Notes under the pieces: model-generated
What the model was told of the DNA's origin: nothing
Databases searched by the model: none
The model's input: the letters and a program-made list of their open reading frames with translations, nothing else
Shown here: piece after piece, positions 46,858-59,029 of the stretch
How the letters are laid out: every line of letters starts with the position of its first letter
Numbering within the stretch: position 1 is the first letter of the stretch
From: an uncultured Candidatus Binatia bacterium
Lineage (GTDB): Bacteria > Desulfobacterota > Binatia > UBA9968 > JAJDTQ01
Direction of reading: 5' to 3'
Length of the DNA stretch: 64,000 nucleotides
Assembly: GCA_964291295.2 (NCBI GenBank)
Contig: OZ219754.1
Location: 672,001 to 736,000 of the forward strand
Program-made: the position numbers and the translations under genes

Positions 46858-49308
46858 TCATCCGAGCGGAACCCGGCCGAGGCGGAGAGCGTTTCCGATC
46901 ACCGAGATGGACGAAAGGCTCATGGCGGCGGCGGCGACCATGGGCGAGAGCAGCACGCCGAACACCGGGTAGAAGGCCCCGGCCGCGATAGCCACACCCG
47001 CCACGTTGTAGACGAAGGCGAAGAACAGGTTCTGCCGGATATTGCCCAAGGTGGCCCGGGCGAGCCGCCGGGCGCGGACGATCCCCATGAGGTCGCCGCG
47101 CACCAGCGTGACACCCGCGCTGCGGATGGCGACGTCCGCACCGGTGCCCATGGCGATGCCGGTATCGGCGGCGGCGAGCGCCGGCGCATCGTTGATGCCG
47201 TCGCCGGCCATGGCGACGTGCTGGCCGCGGCCCTGCAACTCGACGACGAGGTCCCGCTTGTGCTCCGGCGCCGTTTCCGCGCGCCAGTCTTCGATACCGA
47301 GTTCCCGGGCCACCGCCCGCGCGGTCCGCCGGCTGTCTCCCGTCATCATGACGAGGCGAAGCCCCGAGCGGCGAAGCATCTCGACGGCGTCGGGGGTGGT
47401 GGCCTTGATGGGGTCCGCCGTCGCCACCAGGCCCTGGACGATGCCGTCCACGGCAACGAACATCGTCGTCCTCCCCGCCTCCTGAAGGCCCTCGGCGGCG
47501 CCCGCGACCTTGCCGGGATCGACGTCGAGTTGCCGCATCATCGCGAGATTGCCGAGGGCGACGGCGCGGCCGGCCACACGGCCGCGGACGCCCCTGCCCG
47601 GCAGTGCCTCGAACCCGGTGACTTCCCGGAGCACCACGCCGCGCGCGTCGGCACCGGCCAGAATCGCGGCCGCCAAGGGGTGCTCCGAACCGCGTTCGAG
47701 GGAGGCGGCCAGGGCCAGGAGCTCCCCCTCGGTCATGCCGCCCTCCGCGGCGACCACGTCGGTCAGTTCGGGTCGCCCCCGGGTCAGGGTGCCGGTCTTG
47801 TCGACCACGAGCACATCCACCCGCGCCAGTCTCTCCAGCTCTCCCGCATCGCGCACCAGCACTCCCGACCGGGCACCGCGCCCGGTGGCCACCATGATCG
47901 ACATGGGCGTGGCGAGGCCGAGTGCGCACGGGCAGGCGATGACGAGCACGCTGACCGCCGCCACCACGGCGTGGGCGAGGGCCGGCTCGGGACCGAAGCT
48001 CAGCCAGGCGACGAAGGCCACCGCGGACACGGCCACCACCGCGGGGACAAACCCGTTGGCGACGCGGTCCACCAAGGCCTGGACCGGGGCGCGGCTGCGC
48101 TGGGCGGCGGCCACCATCTCGACGATGCGCGCGAGCACCGTGTCGGCGCCCACCCCCTGGGCGCGCATGACGAACGATCCCGCCTGATTGAGGGTGCCGC
48201 CGGTAACCGCGTCGCCCGCGCCCTTTTCCACCGGTACCGGCTCGCCCGTGAGCAGTCTCTCATCCACCGCCGAACGTCCCTCCAGGACGACGCCGTCCAC
48301 CGGCACGCTCTCTCCGGGCCGAACCAGCAGGCGGTCGCCGACCTGGATGGCGTCCAGCGGCACGTCCGCGTCTCCCTCATCGGTCACCCGCCGCGCCGAT
48401 TTCGGCGCCAGATCGAGAAGCGCCCGGATCGCCCCGCCGGTGCGCTCGCGTGCCATGAGCTCGAACACCTGGCCGACCAGCACCAGGATGAGGATCACCG
48501 CGGCCGCCTCGAAGTAGACGGGAGGCAGGCCATGCGGCCCGCGCACCGCTTCCGGAAAGAGGGACGGTGCCAGGACGGCCGCGACGCTGAAGACATAGGA
48601 CGCACCCGCGCCGAGGGCGATCAGCGTCCACATGTTGGGACTGCGGTTGACCACCGAAGCCCAGCCGCGCCTGAAGAACGGCAGCGCGACCCACGCCACC
48701 ACCGGGGTCGCCATCACGAACTGGAGCCAGACGTGCAGGCGCGGCCCGAGCCATTCGGCCAAGGGCAGGCCGAGATGGCTGCCCATCTCCAGGATGAGGG
48801 TTGCGAGGCCCAGCGGCGCGCCGATGCGGAGACGCCGCCGGAAGTCCACCAGCTCGGGATTGGGGCCGGCATCGGCGGCGGGCGTCATGGGTTCGAGCGC
48901 CATGCCACAGATCGGGCAGTCTGCCGGGGCATCGCGCACCACCTCCGGGTCCATCGGGCAGGTATACCGCACGCCTTCGGCCACCGGCCCGGGTTCCGGG
49001 CGCGTGCCGGCCGGATCCTGCTGCGACGCCTCGAAGCGAGCCTTGCACCCCTCGGAACAGAAGTAGAACCGCTCACCGTCGCGCCGGGCCATGTGCCGCG
49101 CGGTGGCGCGCCGGACCGTCATCCCGCACACCGGATCCCGGGCCTCGATGTAGTCGCCGGGTGCCGCCGCGAACTTGCGCAGACACGGCTCGCGACAGAA
49201 ATGGTATCGGTGTCCCCGATGTTCCAGCGAGGGCTTGCCGGCGGCGGGCGACACCTCCATCCCGCACACCGGATCTCTGGTGATGGTGTCGTCAGGCGTG
49301 TGCATCAA
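46858..49308 (-). CDS. copA: Cu(I)/Ag P1B-type ATPase with two YHS domains
   Basis: DPVCGM x2, YTCPMDPE...[38 protein letters not shown]...MSLSS. Confidence 0.93.
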   Translation of the reverse strand: MMHTPDDTITRDPVCGMEVSPAAGKPSLEHRGHRYHFCREPCLRKFAAAPGDYIEARDPVCGMTVRRATARHMARRDGERFYFCSEGCKARFEASQQDPAGTRPEPGPVAEGVRYTCPMDPEVVRDAPADCPICGMALEPMTPAADAGPNPELVDFRRRLRIGAPLGLATLILEMGSHLGLPLAEWLGPRLHVWLQFVMATPVVAWVALPFFRRGWASVVNRSPNMWTLIALGAGASYVFSVAAVLAPSLFPEAVRGPHGLPPVYFEAAAVILILVLVGQVFELMARERTGGAIRALLDLAPKSARRVTDEGDADVPLDAIQVGDRLLVRPGESVPVDGVVLEGRSAVDERLLTGEPVPVEKGAGDAVTGGTLNQAGSFVMRAQGVGADTVLARIVEMVAAAQRSRAPVQALVDRVANGFVPAVVAVSAVAFVAWLSFGPEPALAHAVVAAVSVLVIACPCALGLATPMSIMVATGRGARSGVLVRDAGELERLARVDVLVVDKTGTLTRGRPELTDVVAAEGGMTEGELLALAASLERGSEHPLAAAILAGADARGVVLREVTGFEALPGRGVRGRVAGRAVALGNLAMMRQLDVDPGKVAGAAEGLQEAGRTTMFVAVDGIVQGLVATADPIKATTPDAVEMLRRSGLRLVMMTGDSRRTARAVARELGIEDWRAETAPEHKRDLVVELQGRGQHVAMAGDGINDAPALAAADTGIAMGTGADVAIRSAGVTLVRGDLMGIVRARRLARATLGNIRQNLFFAFVYNVAGVAIAAGAFYPVFGVLLSPMVAAAAMSLSSISVIGNALRLGRVPLG

Positions 49309-49317
49309 GCATTGTCC

Positions 49318-50301
49318 TCAAGGCGTTGTCCTCAACATGGGGTCCCCGCGCGGTTTGTCAAGTGAACGCCTGGGGGCGCGAGGACCGGTACGACGGCGGC
49401 TCTCCACGCCACCGGTCGGCGGCGCCAGCAACTCCGCAAGCATGCGAAATTCGTGCCCCCGCGGCGAACTCGGCCGCCAGGCCAGACCGAGGGTGCGGCC
49501 GGGCCCGGGCTTTCGGAAGGGGCGGGTGACGATGGACGAGGGAGCGCGGCATTCCACGTCCAGGGCAAGCTGCGGCAGCAGGGTGATGCCGATGCCACCC
49601 GCCACCATCTGCACCAGCGTATTCAGGCTGCCGGCGCGGAAATCCCCCACCTCGCCGGCGCCGGCGGTCCGACACACGTCCAGGGCCTGCTCTCGCAGAC
49701 AGTGACCGTCATCCAGCAGCAACACCTGCTCTCCGGCGAGGTCGGCTTCTGTCACGCGCCGGCGGCCGGCGAAGCGGTGACCGCCGGGCACCGCCACCAC
49801 GAAGGGGTCCGCGGCCAGCGGCAGCGCCACGACGTCGCCCAGGTCCACCTCCAGGGCCAGCAACAGCAGGTCCAGCGTCCCGTCCCCCAGCCGCGCCAGC
49901 AGCCGGGAGGTGAGATCCTCGTGCAGCAGGATACGCAACTCCGGGTAGCGCGCGCGGATGGCCGGCAGCGCCCCGGGCAGCAGGTACGGCGCCACCGTGG
50001 GAATGACCCCCAGCCGCAGCACGCCGGAGAGCGGCCGGGTCAGGCTGCGGGCCGTCTCCACCAGCTCTCCCGCCTGTGCCAGGATGCCGCGAGCCAGGGG
50101 CAGCAGCCTTTCCCCCGCCGGCGTGAGCAGAACCTTGCGCCGGCCGCGTTCGAGGAGTTGCACGTCCAGCATTCTCTCCAGTTCCCTGAACTGAGCGCTC
50201 AAGCCGGGCTGGGTCACGAAGCAGGCCGCGGCCGCAGCCCGGAAGCTCAAGCGCTCGGCGGCCGCAACGAAGTATTCGAGTTGTCGCAGGGTTATGTCCA
50301 T
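49318..50301 (-). CDS. oxyR: LysR-family H2O2 sensor OxyR
   Basis: TLRQLEYF HTH, GVIPTVAPYLLP, DGHCLREQALDVC (two redox Cys); divergent from catalase. Confidence 0.9.
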   Translation of the reverse strand: MDITLRQLEYFVAAAERLSFRAAAAACFVTQPGLSAQFRELERMLDVQLLERGRRKVLLTPAGERLLPLARGILAQAGELVETARSLTRPLSGVLRLGVIPTVAPYLLPGALPAIRARYPELRILLHEDLTSRLLARLGDGTLDLLLLALEVDLGDVVALPLAADPFVVAVPGGHRFAGRRRVTEADLAGEQVLLLDDGHCLREQALDVCRTAGAGEVGDFRAGSLNTLVQMVAGGIGITLLPQLALDVECRAPSSIVTRPFRKPGPGRTLGLAWRPSSPRGHEFRMLAELLAPPTGGVESRRRTGPRAPRRSLDKPRGDPMLRTTP

Positions 50302-50371
50302 GACCTCTCCCTGGCAATCTCCATGACCGTCTTCATGGCGGTTTCCCCGGCGATCTCCATGACACCCCAAT

Positions 50372-50402
50372 GATAATTCATGGTTATGATAACGACAATT
50401 AT
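50372..50402. promoter_or_regulatory. AT-rich operator between oxyR and katA
   Basis: ATAA-N7-TTAT (50373-50387) followed by ATAA-N6-TTAT; LysR/OxyR-like, also resembles a Fur/PerR box. Confidence 0.55.
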
Positions 50403-50480
50403 TTTCAAATTTACTTATTGATTTTTTTCCTTATATTCAAAAGGAGAACAAGAGTTGATTCAGGAGAAAGGAGAGCAGCC

Positions 50481-51941
50481 ATGTCCCGCAAACAACCGTG
50501 TCCGGTGTTGACCACCAGCGCGGGCGCGCCGGTTTCGGACAACCAGAACGCCCTCACGGCCGGAGAACGCGGCCCGATCCTGCTGCAGGACCATCCGTTG
50601 ATCGAGAAGCTGGCACACCAGAACCGCGAGCGCATCCCCGAGCGGGTGGTGCACGCCAAGGGCTGGGGAGCGTACGGGAGCTTCACCGTCCACCACGACA
50701 TCTCCCGCTACACCCGGGCCAGAGTCCTCCAGCCGGAGGCCCGATGCGAGGTGCTGGTACGCTTCTCCACCGTGGCCGGAGAGCTCGGCGCGGCGGATGC
50801 GGAGCGCGACGTGCGCGGGTTCGCGGTCAAGTTCTACACCGAGGAGGGCAACTGGGATCTGGTGGGGAACAACACGCCGGTGTTCTTCATCCGCGATCCC
50901 TACAAGTTCCCGGACTTCATCCGCACCCAGAAGCGCCATCCCAGGACGAACCTGAGGAGCCCGGTGGCCATGTGGGATTTCTGGTCCCAGTCGCCGGAGT
51001 CGCTGCACCAGATCACCATCCTCATGTCCGACCGCGGCTGCCCCACGGCGCCCATGTACATGAACGGCTACGGCTCGCACACCTTCAGTTTCGTCAACGC
51101 GGAGAACCAGCGCTTCTGGGTCAAGTTCCACTTCAAGACCCGGCAGGGACACCGGCACCACACCGACGAGGAAAGCGCGGCGGTCATCGGCCGGACCCGG
51201 GAGTCCTTCCAGGAGGCCCTGTTCGGCGCCATCGAGAGGGGCGAGCACCCGCAGTGGGACCTCAAGGTACAGATCATGCCGGAAGTCGAGGCGGAAAGGA
51301 CTCCCTACAATCCGTTCGACCTCACCAAGGTTTGGCCCCACGGGGACTACCCGCTGATCCCCGTCGGCCTGCTGGAACTCGACCGCAACCCGGAGAACTA
51401 CTTCGCCGAGGTGGAACAGGCGGCCTTCTCCCCCTCGAACATCGTGCCCGGTATCGGCTTCTCGCCGGACAAGGTGCTGCAGGCGCGCATCTTCGCCTAC
51501 GCCGACGCGCACCGGTACCGGCTGGGCACGCACTACGAGGCGCTTCCCGTGAACGCGCCCCGGTGCCCGGTACGTCACTACCACAAGGACGGCCCCATGC
51601 GGTTCTTCGGGCCCCGGCACGACAACCCCGACGCCTACTACGAGCCCAACAGCTTCGACGGCCCGGTCCAGGACGAGAGCTGCGCGGAACCGCCGCTCAG
51701 GATCTCGGGCGACGCCTCCCGCTACGACCACCGGCAAGGCAACGACGACTACACCCAAGCCGGGAATCTGTTCCGGCTGTTCGACGACGACCAGAAGCGG
51801 CGCCTTTTCGGCAACATCGCCGCCGCCCTGCGCGGTGTCCCGCACCGGATCGTCGAAAAGCAGCTCGGGCACTTCGCCAAGGCCGACCCGGCCTATGCGG
51901 ACGGCGTGCGGAACGCCCTGGAGCAGCCCGGCGCGGCGTGA
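50481..51941 (+). CDS. katA: Monofunctional heme catalase
   Basis: [41 protein letters not shown]. Confidence 0.96.
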   Translation: MSRKQPCPVLTTSAGAPVSDNQNALTAGERGPILLQDHPLIEKLAHQNRERIPERVVHAKGWGAYGSFTVHHDISRYTRARVLQPEARCEVLVRFSTVAGELGAADAERDVRGFAVKFYTEEGNWDLVGNNTPVFFIRDPYKFPDFIRTQKRHPRTNLRSPVAMWDFWSQSPESLHQITILMSDRGCPTAPMYMNGYGSHTFSFVNAENQRFWVKFHFKTRQGHRHHTDEESAAVIGRTRESFQEALFGAIERGEHPQWDLKVQIMPEVEAERTPYNPFDLTKVWPHGDYPLIPVGLLELDRNPENYFAEVEQAAFSPSNIVPGIGFSPDKVLQARIFAYADAHRYRLGTHYEALPVNAPRCPVRHYHKDGPMRFFGPRHDNPDAYYEPNSFDGPVQDESCAEPPLRISGDASRYDHRQGNDDYTQAGNLFRLFDDDQKRRLFGNIAAALRGVPHRIVEKQLGHFAKADPAYADGVRNALEQPGAA

Positions 51942-52003
51942 GGAGATCTGAAGCCCGCCGCCTGTCCTTCCCGCTCTTGCGGGGAGGACAGGCGGTACCC
52001 GTG

Positions 52004-52750
52004 TCATTGCGAGCCGCCATCCAGGGCGGCCAGCCGCGCCACCGCCTGCTCGTGATATAAACTCTCGACGGCATCCCGGGAGGGTTTCCCGACGGCACGC
52101 TGGAGCAGCCGGCGCGCCTTCTCCCGGTTACGCTCCCGGTCCAACAGCAACAATCCGAAGGCATATTCGACACAGATCGCCTTGGCGTCGGGCTGGAGTT
52201 CGAAGGCCCGTTCATAGTGGCGCCGGGCCTCCCTTGCCGCCGCTCCGTAAAGACCTCCGATCACCGCGCCCGAGGCGCCGACGATGCGCGCGTGCCAGGT
52301 TGCCATGCTCAGATGAGCGATGGCGTTGTCTGGGTCCAGCCGCAACGCCTCCTCGATGGCTTCCCGCACCTTCGCGGCATACCCGCCGGCCGCCGCCTGC
52401 AGGACGCCGATGGACTCGGCATAGCGGCCGGTGGCGTGCGCCAACTGGATGTACGCTTCCGGATTGGCTGGATCGAGCCGTACCGCCTCTTGCGCCAACG
52501 CCACGGCCCGATCGAACAACCCCTTCCTCTCGCCGGCGCCGGCGAGGAAGTAGCCTTGAATCGCCAAGGCTTGCGCCGCCAGCGCATGGCCCTCCGAGGT
52601 CTTGAGGGCCGCGCCCAGTTCGGCCGCCTCGATGAACCGCCCCTCGTCGTACACCGCCCGCACCTCCTCCACCGTCCAGGCACCGCCGGCACCCGACAGC
52701 AGCAACGCGCTGATCACCACCAAGCCACCCTGCAATGCAGCTTTCGTCAT
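52004..52750 (-). CDS. Secreted TPR-like protein
   Basis: Signal-like N-terminus; AVRLDPANPEAY, ALRLDPDNAIAH, AFELQPDA; start overlaps the upstream stop. Confidence 0.7.
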   Translation of the reverse strand: MTKAALQGGLVVISALLLSGAGGAWTVEEVRAVYDEGRFIEAAELGAALKTSEGHALAAQALAIQGYFLAGAGERKGLFDRAVALAQEAVRLDPANPEAYIQLAHATGRYAESIGVLQAAAGGYAAKVREAIEEALRLDPDNAIAHLSMATWHARIVGASGAVIGGLYGAAAREARRHYERAFELQPDAKAICVEYAFGLLLLDRERNREKARRLLQRAVGKPSRDAVESLYHEQAVARLAALDGGSQ

Positions 52751-53895
52751 GTATCGTTCTCCTGGCCGAGGCGGGGGCTGGTCCCGACCCGGACCCCGCT
52801 CGCCGCCGACCGTGCGATGGCATGGATGACGCGCTCGTAGCGCAGGGCGACGGCAAAATCGGGGTCGGCCGGCACGTCGTCCGCTATCGCCTTCAGCAGG
52901 TTGGCCAGCTCGATGGTCTTGAGGTCGTTGAAGCCCAGTCCGTGACCGGGAGCCGGGCAGAAACTGCCGTACGGCTCGTGCGCCGGCCCGGCCAGGATCG
53001 TCTTGAAACCCGCATCGCTGGTCGGTCCCTGGTTCCGGTAGAGCTGCAGTTCGTTCATGCGTTCCTGATTCTGGACCAGCATGCCGGCGTCGCCGTGAAG
53101 CTCCCACGCCAAGTGGTTCTTCCGCCCCCAGGCGGCCCGGGACGATGAAATCGTGCCGGACACGCCGCTTTCGAAAGAAACCAGCGCCGAGGCGACGTCC
53201 TCGTTCTCCACCACCTGCCGGCCCCGGCCGTCCGCGGCAGGACGGGTGGGGTAGTGGATACGGCAGTCGGCAAGGACGCTTTCGATGGGCCCGAGCAGCC
53301 GGTCGGCCATGCTGACCAGGTGACACAGCATGTCTCCGAGCACGCCCAGCCCGGCCTCGGCCCTGGCGGCGCGCCACGTCCACGGCCGCTCCGGGTCGGC
53401 CTGGTAGTCCTCGTCGCACACGCCGCGAAAGAAGAGCGGGCGACCGATGGCTCCCGAAAGGAGCAACTCGCGGGCATGCCGGAACAGGGGATTGCACAGA
53501 TAGCCATAGCCGACGAGGGTCTTGCCCCGGGCCCGGGCGGCGGCCGCGGCCATGCGCTCGGCCTGGTCCAGCGTCAACCCCAGCGGCTTTTCGCAGTAGA
53601 CATGTTTTCCGGCCGCCAGCGCCGCCAGCGCCATCTCGCAGTGAAACCGGTTGGGCGTCGTGATGGAAATGAGATGGACGTCGGCATCCTCCACCACCAC
53701 GCGCCAGTCATCGGTCACCCGCTCGAAACCGCATCGTGCGGCGTGGTAGGCGGCAAGGTCGGCGCGGCGGTCGCAGACGCGCACGAGACGCGGCGCGAAC
53801 GGAGCGTCCAGGACCGCTCTGACCGACCGGTAGGCCAGCGTGTGGCACTTGCCCATGAAACCCGTACCGATCAGACCGACGCCGATAGTGCGCAT
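52747..53895 (-). CDS. Gfo/Idh/MocA oxidoreductase (inositol-cluster associated)
   Basis: VGLIGTGFMG, HVYCEKP, GDMLCH, GHGLGFNDLK. Confidence 0.9.
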   Translation of the reverse strand: MRTIGVGLIGTGFMGKCHTLAYRSVRAVLDAPFAPRLVRVCDRRADLAAYHAARCGFERVTDDWRVVVEDADVHLISITTPNRFHCEMALAALAAGKHVYCEKPLGLTLDQAERMAAAAARARGKTLVGYGYLCNPLFRHARELLLSGAIGRPLFFRGVCDEDYQADPERPWTWRAARAEAGLGVLGDMLCHLVSMADRLLGPIESVLADCRIHYPTRPAADGRGRQVVENEDVASALVSFESGVSGTISSSRAAWGRKNHLAWELHGDAGMLVQNQERMNELQLYRNQGPTSDAGFKTILAGPAHEPYGSFCPAPGHGLGFNDLKTIELANLLKAIADDVPADPDFAVALRYERVIHAIARSAASGVRVGTSPRLGQENDT

Positions 53896-54099
53896 GTTCT
53901 CCTCCGACGTGGAAGCGGCATCCGCGCCATTCCGGAGGATGGCAACGCGTCGTCCCGGCCGCAGGTTCCATTGTTTCCAATTCCGGTATTTGAGTCTATA
54001 CTCTCTCCGGGAAAAAGCAGGCCCCGTTTCGGGGGCTCGGGACAGGCCTGGCGCCGTCGTCGCCGTCGATTCGGGCGCACGGCGTGAAAGGAGGACACC

Positions 54100-55074
54100 A
54101 TGAAGTGGACCCTGCAATCGACCGTGAAGTCGCGGTTGTTCGTATTTGCGGTGGCCGCCCTGGCTGCGGCGGCGCTGGCCGGAACGCCGCATGTCGCTAC
54201 CGCCGGCGGCGAGAAATTCGTGCTGATCAGCCATGCTCCGGACAGCGACAGCTGGTGGAACACCATCAAGAACGCCATCAAGGTGGCGGGCGACCAGATG
54301 AACGTGAAGGTCGACTATCGCAATCCGCCCACCGGCGACCTGGCCGACATGGCGCGTATCGTCGAGCAGGCTTCGGCGGCCGACCCGGCCGGCATCATCG
54401 TGACCATTGCCGACTTCGACGTGCTCAAGGGGCCGATCATGGACGCGGTGGACAAGGGCATCCCGGTCATCACCATCAATTCCGGGACCCGGAAGCAGTC
54501 GGAACAGCTCGGTGCCCTGTTGCACGTGGGGCAGCCGGAATACGACGCCGGCTTCGGTGCCGGCAAGCAGGCCCGAAAAGCGGGCGTCCAACAGTTCCTG
54601 TGCGTCAACCATTACATCACCAATCCGGCTTCCGTGGAGCGGTGCCAAGGCTACGCCGACGCCCTGGGCGTGAAGCTGGGCCGCCAGATGATCGACAGCG
54701 GCCAGGATCCGGCCGAGATCAAGAACAAGGTCAAGGCCCACTTGAACAGCAACCGCAAGGCCAACGGCATCCTGACCCTGGGGCCGACCTCGGCCCACCC
54801 GACGCTGGCGGCGCTGCAGGAGATGGGGCTCAAGGGCGAGATTCATTTCTCCACCTTCGACCTTTCCGGCGAAATCGCCAACGGCATCAAGGACGGCACC
54901 ATCGCCTTCGCCATCGACCAGCAGCCTTACCTCCAGGGCTACATGCCCGTGGTCATCCTCACGAACCTGGCGCGTTACGGCGTGTTGCCGTCGGGTCACA
55001 TGAACTCGGGTCCCGGGTTCGTGACCCGGAAGAACATCGCCCTGGTGGAGAAATACGCAGGCGAGTTCCGCTGA
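54100..55074 (+). CDS. Sugar (inositol) ABC transporter substrate-binding protein
   Basis: Signal peptide; SHAPDSDSWWN, AIDQQPYLQGY; iol context. Confidence 0.9.
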   Translation: MKWTLQSTVKSRLFVFAVAALAAAALAGTPHVATAGGEKFVLISHAPDSDSWWNTIKNAIKVAGDQMNVKVDYRNPPTGDLADMARIVEQASAADPAGIIVTIADFDVLKGPIMDAVDKGIPVITINSGTRKQSEQLGALLHVGQPEYDAGFGAGKQARKAGVQQFLCVNHYITNPASVERCQGYADALGVKLGRQMIDSGQDPAEIKNKVKAHLNSNRKANGILTLGPTSAHPTLAALQEMGLKGEIHFSTFDLSGEIANGIKDGTIAFAIDQQPYLQGYMPVVILTNLARYGVLPSGHMNSGPGFVTRKNIALVEKYAGEFR

Positions 55075-55218
55075 TCCGGCTCCGGCGTTTTCCCTTGTCG
55101 GTGCGGCCGCGCGCCGTCGCGGCCGCACCGCGGTCCGACCGCGAGCCGGGACGGGTCCGGAACCCGCCGCGTCCGGCCTGACGGCGGCGTGCGGCTCGCC
55201 GTGCACGGGGAGGAAATC

Positions 55219-56316
55219 ATGGCCGACGAACGGCTGAAGGAAATGTCATCGTTCCGCCGCGCGATGATACGGCCCGAACTGGGCGCCATCTGCGGAACGA
55301 TCCTCGTCTTTGTCTTCTTTCTCCTGGTGGCCGCCGACTCCGGCATGTTCAGTCCGGAAGGCGTGATGAACTGGGGTGTCGTCTCGGCTCAGTTCGCCAT
55401 CATCGCGGTAGGCGCGTGCCTGTTGATGATCGCGGGGGAGTTCGATCTGTCGGTGGGCTCGATGATCGGGTTCGCCGGCGTCGTCATTGCCATCGTTTCG
55501 GTTCAGTGGGGCTATCCGGTATGGCTTGGCATCGGTCTGGCCTTTGCCATCGCCATGGCGCTGGGGGCGCTGAACGGCTGGTTGGTCATCCGAACCGGCC
55601 TTCCGAGCTTCATCGTCTCCCTGGCCTTTCTCTACATCCTGCGCGGCCTGACGATCTTCGTGTCCATCGCCACCACCCGCAAGACCATCATCGGCGGTGT
55701 CAAGGAGGCCGCACAGGGAGACTGGCTGGCACCGCTGTTCGGCGGCAAGATCCTTGACGGCCTGTTCGTCCAGCTCGCCGACATGGGGCTGATCGAGACC
55801 TTTACCCGCGGCCGGCGTGCGGGCGAACCCATCGTTGACGGCATTCCCATGCTGATGGTCTGGGCGGTGGTGCTGGTCGTCGCCGGCCACTGGGTGCTCA
55901 CCCGCACGAAGTTCGGCAACTGGATCTATGCCTCGGGCGGGGACGCCCAGGCTGCGCGCTACACCGGCGTTCCGGTAAACCGCGTGAAAATCCTGATGTT
56001 CATGCTGACGGCGTTCTGCGCCACCGTTTTCGCTACCTGCCAGGTGATGGAGTTCGGTTCCGCCGCGGCCGACCGCGGTCTGCTCAAGGAGTTCGAGGCC
56101 ATCATCTGTGTCGTCATCGGCGGCGCCCTGCTGACCGGCGGATACGGCTCGGTGGTGGGCGCGGCCCTGGGCGCGCTGATCTTCGGGGTCGTCCAGCAGG
56201 GCCTGTTCTTCACGGGCGTGGACAGCAGTCTGTTCCGGGTCTTCCTCGGCCTCATCCTGCTGTTGGCGGTGATCCTCAACACCTACATCCGCCGCATGAT
56301 CACGGGAGAACGATGA
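55219..56316 (+). CDS. Sugar ABC transporter permease
   Basis: [33 protein letters not shown]. Confidence 0.92.
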   Translation: MADERLKEMSSFRRAMIRPELGAICGTILVFVFFLLVAADSGMFSPEGVMNWGVVSAQFAIIAVGACLLMIAGEFDLSVGSMIGFAGVVIAIVSVQWGYPVWLGIGLAFAIAMALGALNGWLVIRTGLPSFIVSLAFLYILRGLTIFVSIATTRKTIIGGVKEAAQGDWLAPLFGGKILDGLFVQLADMGLIETFTRGRRAGEPIVDGIPMLMVWAVVLVVAGHWVLTRTKFGNWIYASGGDAQAARYTGVPVNRVKILMFMLTAFCATVFATCQVMEFGSAAADRGLLKEFEAIICVVIGGALLTGGYGSVVGAALGALIFGVVQQGLFFTGVDSSLFRVFLGLILLLAVILNTYIRRMITGER

Positions 56317-57134
56317 TGAGCGAACCGCTTTACGAAATGCGCGACGTCGGCACCGGCGAGGCCTCGCTGATCGAGTTGCAGGAGATCGAGAAGCACTTCG
56401 GCCCGGTCATCGCCCTGGCGGGCGTCTCGGTGGCAGTGTACGCGGGCGAGTGCCATTGTCTGCTGGGCGACAACGGCGCCGGCAAGTCCACCTTCATCAA
56501 GACCATGTCGGGGGTGCACAAGCCCACCCGCGGGCAGATCCTCATGGGCGGCCAGCCGGTGAATTTCGAAAGCCCGCGCGACGCCATGCATGCCGGCATC
56601 GCCACCGTGTACCAGGACCTGGCGATGATCCCGCTGATGTCGGTGACGCGCAACTTCTGGATGGGCCGCGAGCCTACCCGGGGGTGGGGGCCGTTCCGGT
56701 TCATCGACTTCAGGAAGGCCAACGAGGTCACCATGACCCGCATGGCCGACATGGGCATTCGCCTGCGCGAGCCCACCCAGGCTGTGGGAACCCTGTCCGG
56801 CGGCGAGCGCCAGACCGTCGCCATCGCCCGCGCCGTCTACTTCGGTGCCAGGATCCTGATCCTGGACGAACCCACGTCCGCGTTGGGAGTGCGGCAGACC
56901 TCCAACGTGCTGGCCACCATCGACCGTGTGCGCAGGACCGGCATCGGCGTGGTCTTCATCACCCACAACGTCCGCCATGCCATGGCGGTCGGAGACCGCT
57001 ACACGGTCTTGAACCGCGGCACGACCCTGGGCACGGCCCGGCGCGGCGAGATCCAGGCCGACGAGCTTCAGGACATGATGGCGGGCGGCCAGGAACTGGC
57101 CGAACTCGAAGGCTCGCTGGGCGGCACCGTGTGA
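56313..57134 (+). CDS. Sugar ABC transporter ATP-binding protein
   Basis: [21 protein letters not shown]. Confidence 0.93.
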   Translation: MMSEPLYEMRDVGTGEASLIELQEIEKHFGPVIALAGVSVAVYAGECHCLLGDNGAGKSTFIKTMSGVHKPTRGQILMGGQPVNFESPRDAMHAGIATVYQDLAMIPLMSVTRNFWMGREPTRGWGPFRFIDFRKANEVTMTRMADMGIRLREPTQAVGTLSGGERQTVAIARAVYFGARILILDEPTSALGVRQTSNVLATIDRVRRTGIGVVFITHNVRHAMAVGDRYTVLNRGTTLGTARRGEIQADELQDMMAGGQELAELEGSLGGTV

Positions 57135-59026
57135 AACGGACCCTGGACATCATCTCCATCGGCCGCTCGTCGGTGGATCTCTACGGCGGCCAGGTGGGCG
57201 GGCGGCTGGAAGACATGCGGTCGTTCCGCAAGTATGTCGGCGGCTCGCCCACCAATGCCGCCGCCGGCGCCGCCCGGCTCGGCCTCAAGGCCGCGGTCCT
57301 CACGCGTGTGGGCGACGAGCCCATGGGCCGCTTCATCCGCGAACAACTGCGCGCCGAAGGGGTCGACGTCCGCGGCGTGCTCACGGATCCGGAGCGCCTG
57401 ACCGCCCTGGTGCTGCTGGGCATCCGCGACCAGGAGCGGTTTCCGCTTGTCTTCTACCGCGAAAACTGTGCCGACATGGCGTTGTCGCCGGACGACATCG
57501 ACCCGGACTTCATCGCCCAGGCGCGCTGCCTGCTTGCCTCGGGCACCCACCTGTCGCATCCCCGCACCGAGGCGACCACGATGCGGGCGCTGGAGCTGGC
57601 GCGGGAATCGGGCGCGCGCACGATCCTGGATATCGACTACCGGCCGAACCTGTGGGGCCTCGCCGGCCACGGGGACGGCGAAAGCCGCTTCATCGAGTCG
57701 GCGGCCGTGACCGCCAGGCTGCAGCGCACCTTGGCACGTTTCGACGTGATCGTGGGCACCGAAGAGGAGTTTCACATCGCCGGCGGCGTCTCGGATACCA
57801 TCGCGGCGCTGGCCCGGGTCCGCGACCTCTCCGCCGCCACGCTGGTGTGCAAGCGCGGCGCCGCGGGTGCCACCGCCTTCGAGACCACCATCCCCGCGAG
57901 CCTGGAGGACGGCGTCAGCGGACCGTCCTTCACGGTCGAAGTGTACAACGTCCTGGGAGCGGGAGACGGCTTCATGGCCGGCCTGCTCAAGGGCTGGCTT
58001 TCGGGGGAGGACTGGGCCGAGACCCTGCGCATCGCCAACGCCTGCGGCGCGCTGGCGGTGTCGCGCCACGGCTGCACGCCGGCGTATCCCAGTGCCGTGG
58101 AGTTGCGCGACTTTCTGGAGAACGGGTCGTCGACGCCGGCCGTGCGGCACGATGCGCGCCTGGAGCAGCTCCACTGGGCCACCAACCGGACCCGGGCGTG
58201 GCCCCGCATGCGCGTCTTCGCCTTCGACCACCGCGCCTGGTTCGAGGCTGCCGCCAGGAACACGGCGCGCATCGGCGCATTCAAGCGCCTGTGCCTGGAG
58301 GCGGCGCTTCGCGTCGCCGACGGCCGCGACGGATACGGGATCCTGTGCGACGGCCGCCTGGGCCGCGACGCCCTCTACGCCGCGGCGGGCACGGGCCTGT
58401 GGATCGGGCGTCCGGTGGAGCGGCCCGGGACCCGGCCGCTGCGGCTGGAGATCGGTGACGACTGCGGCTCGGCGCTGGCGGAATGGCCCAGCGAACATGT
58501 GGTGAAGGTTCTCTGCTTCTACCGCCCGGACGACCCGGAGACATTGCGCGCCGACCAGGAGGCAACGGTCCGGCGGCTGGCACGGGCCGCACGGGCCAAC
58601 GGACTGGACCTTCTCGTGGAGATCGTGCCGTCGAAGTTCGGACCGGTGGACGACGCCACCACGGCCGCCGTCATCAAGCGATTCTACGCCATCGGGGTTT
58701 TTCCCGACTGGTGGAAGCTGGAGCCGATGGCCTCCGGGGCCGCCTGGGGCAAGGCCTGTGGTGCCATCGACGCTCACGATCCGCACTGCCGGGGCATCGT
58801 GGTGCTGGGCCTGGACGCTCCCTTTGAAGAGCTGCGGGAGAGCTTCCAGGCCGCCGCCAGCCACGAGCGCGTGAAAGGATTCGCCGTCGGGCGCACGATC
58901 TTCGGGGTGGCCGCGCAGGCATGGCTGGCCGGGGAGATGACCGACGGCGAAGCCGTGGCACTCATGGCCGGGAACTTCTCCAGGCTCTGCACAGCCTGGG
59001 ACGAAGCACGGAACAGGGGCGGATGA
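57131..59026 (+). CDS. iolC: 5-dehydro-2-deoxygluconokinase with C-terminal DUF2090 domain
   Basis: GTG start; [50 protein letters not shown]. Confidence 0.93.
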   Translation: MKRTLDIISIGRSSVDLYGGQVGGRLEDMRSFRKYVGGSPTNAAAGAARLGLKAAVLTRVGDEPMGRFIREQLRAEGVDVRGVLTDPERLTALVLLGIRDQERFPLVFYRENCADMALSPDDIDPDFIAQARCLLASGTHLSHPRTEATTMRALELARESGARTILDIDYRPNLWGLAGHGDGESRFIESAAVTARLQRTLARFDVIVGTEEEFHIAGGVSDTIAALARVRDLSAATLVCKRGAAGATAFETTIPASLEDGVSGPSFTVEVYNVLGAGDGFMAGLLKGWLSGEDWAETLRIANACGALAVSRHGCTPAYPSAVELRDFLENGSSTPAVRHDARLEQLHWATNRTRAWPRMRVFAFDHRAWFEAAARNTARIGAFKRLCLEAALRVADGRDGYGILCDGRLGRDALYAAAGTGLWIGRPVERPGTRPLRLEIGDDCGSALAEWPSEHVVKVLCFYRPDDPETLRADQEATVRRLARAARANGLDLLVEIVPSKFGPVDDATTAAVIKRFYAIGVFPDWWKLEPMASGAAWGKACGAIDAHDPHCRGIVVLGLDAPFEELRESFQAAASHERVKGFAVGRTIFGVAAQAWLAGEMTDGEAVALMAGNFSRLCTAWDEARNRGG

Positions 59027-59029
59027 TCC

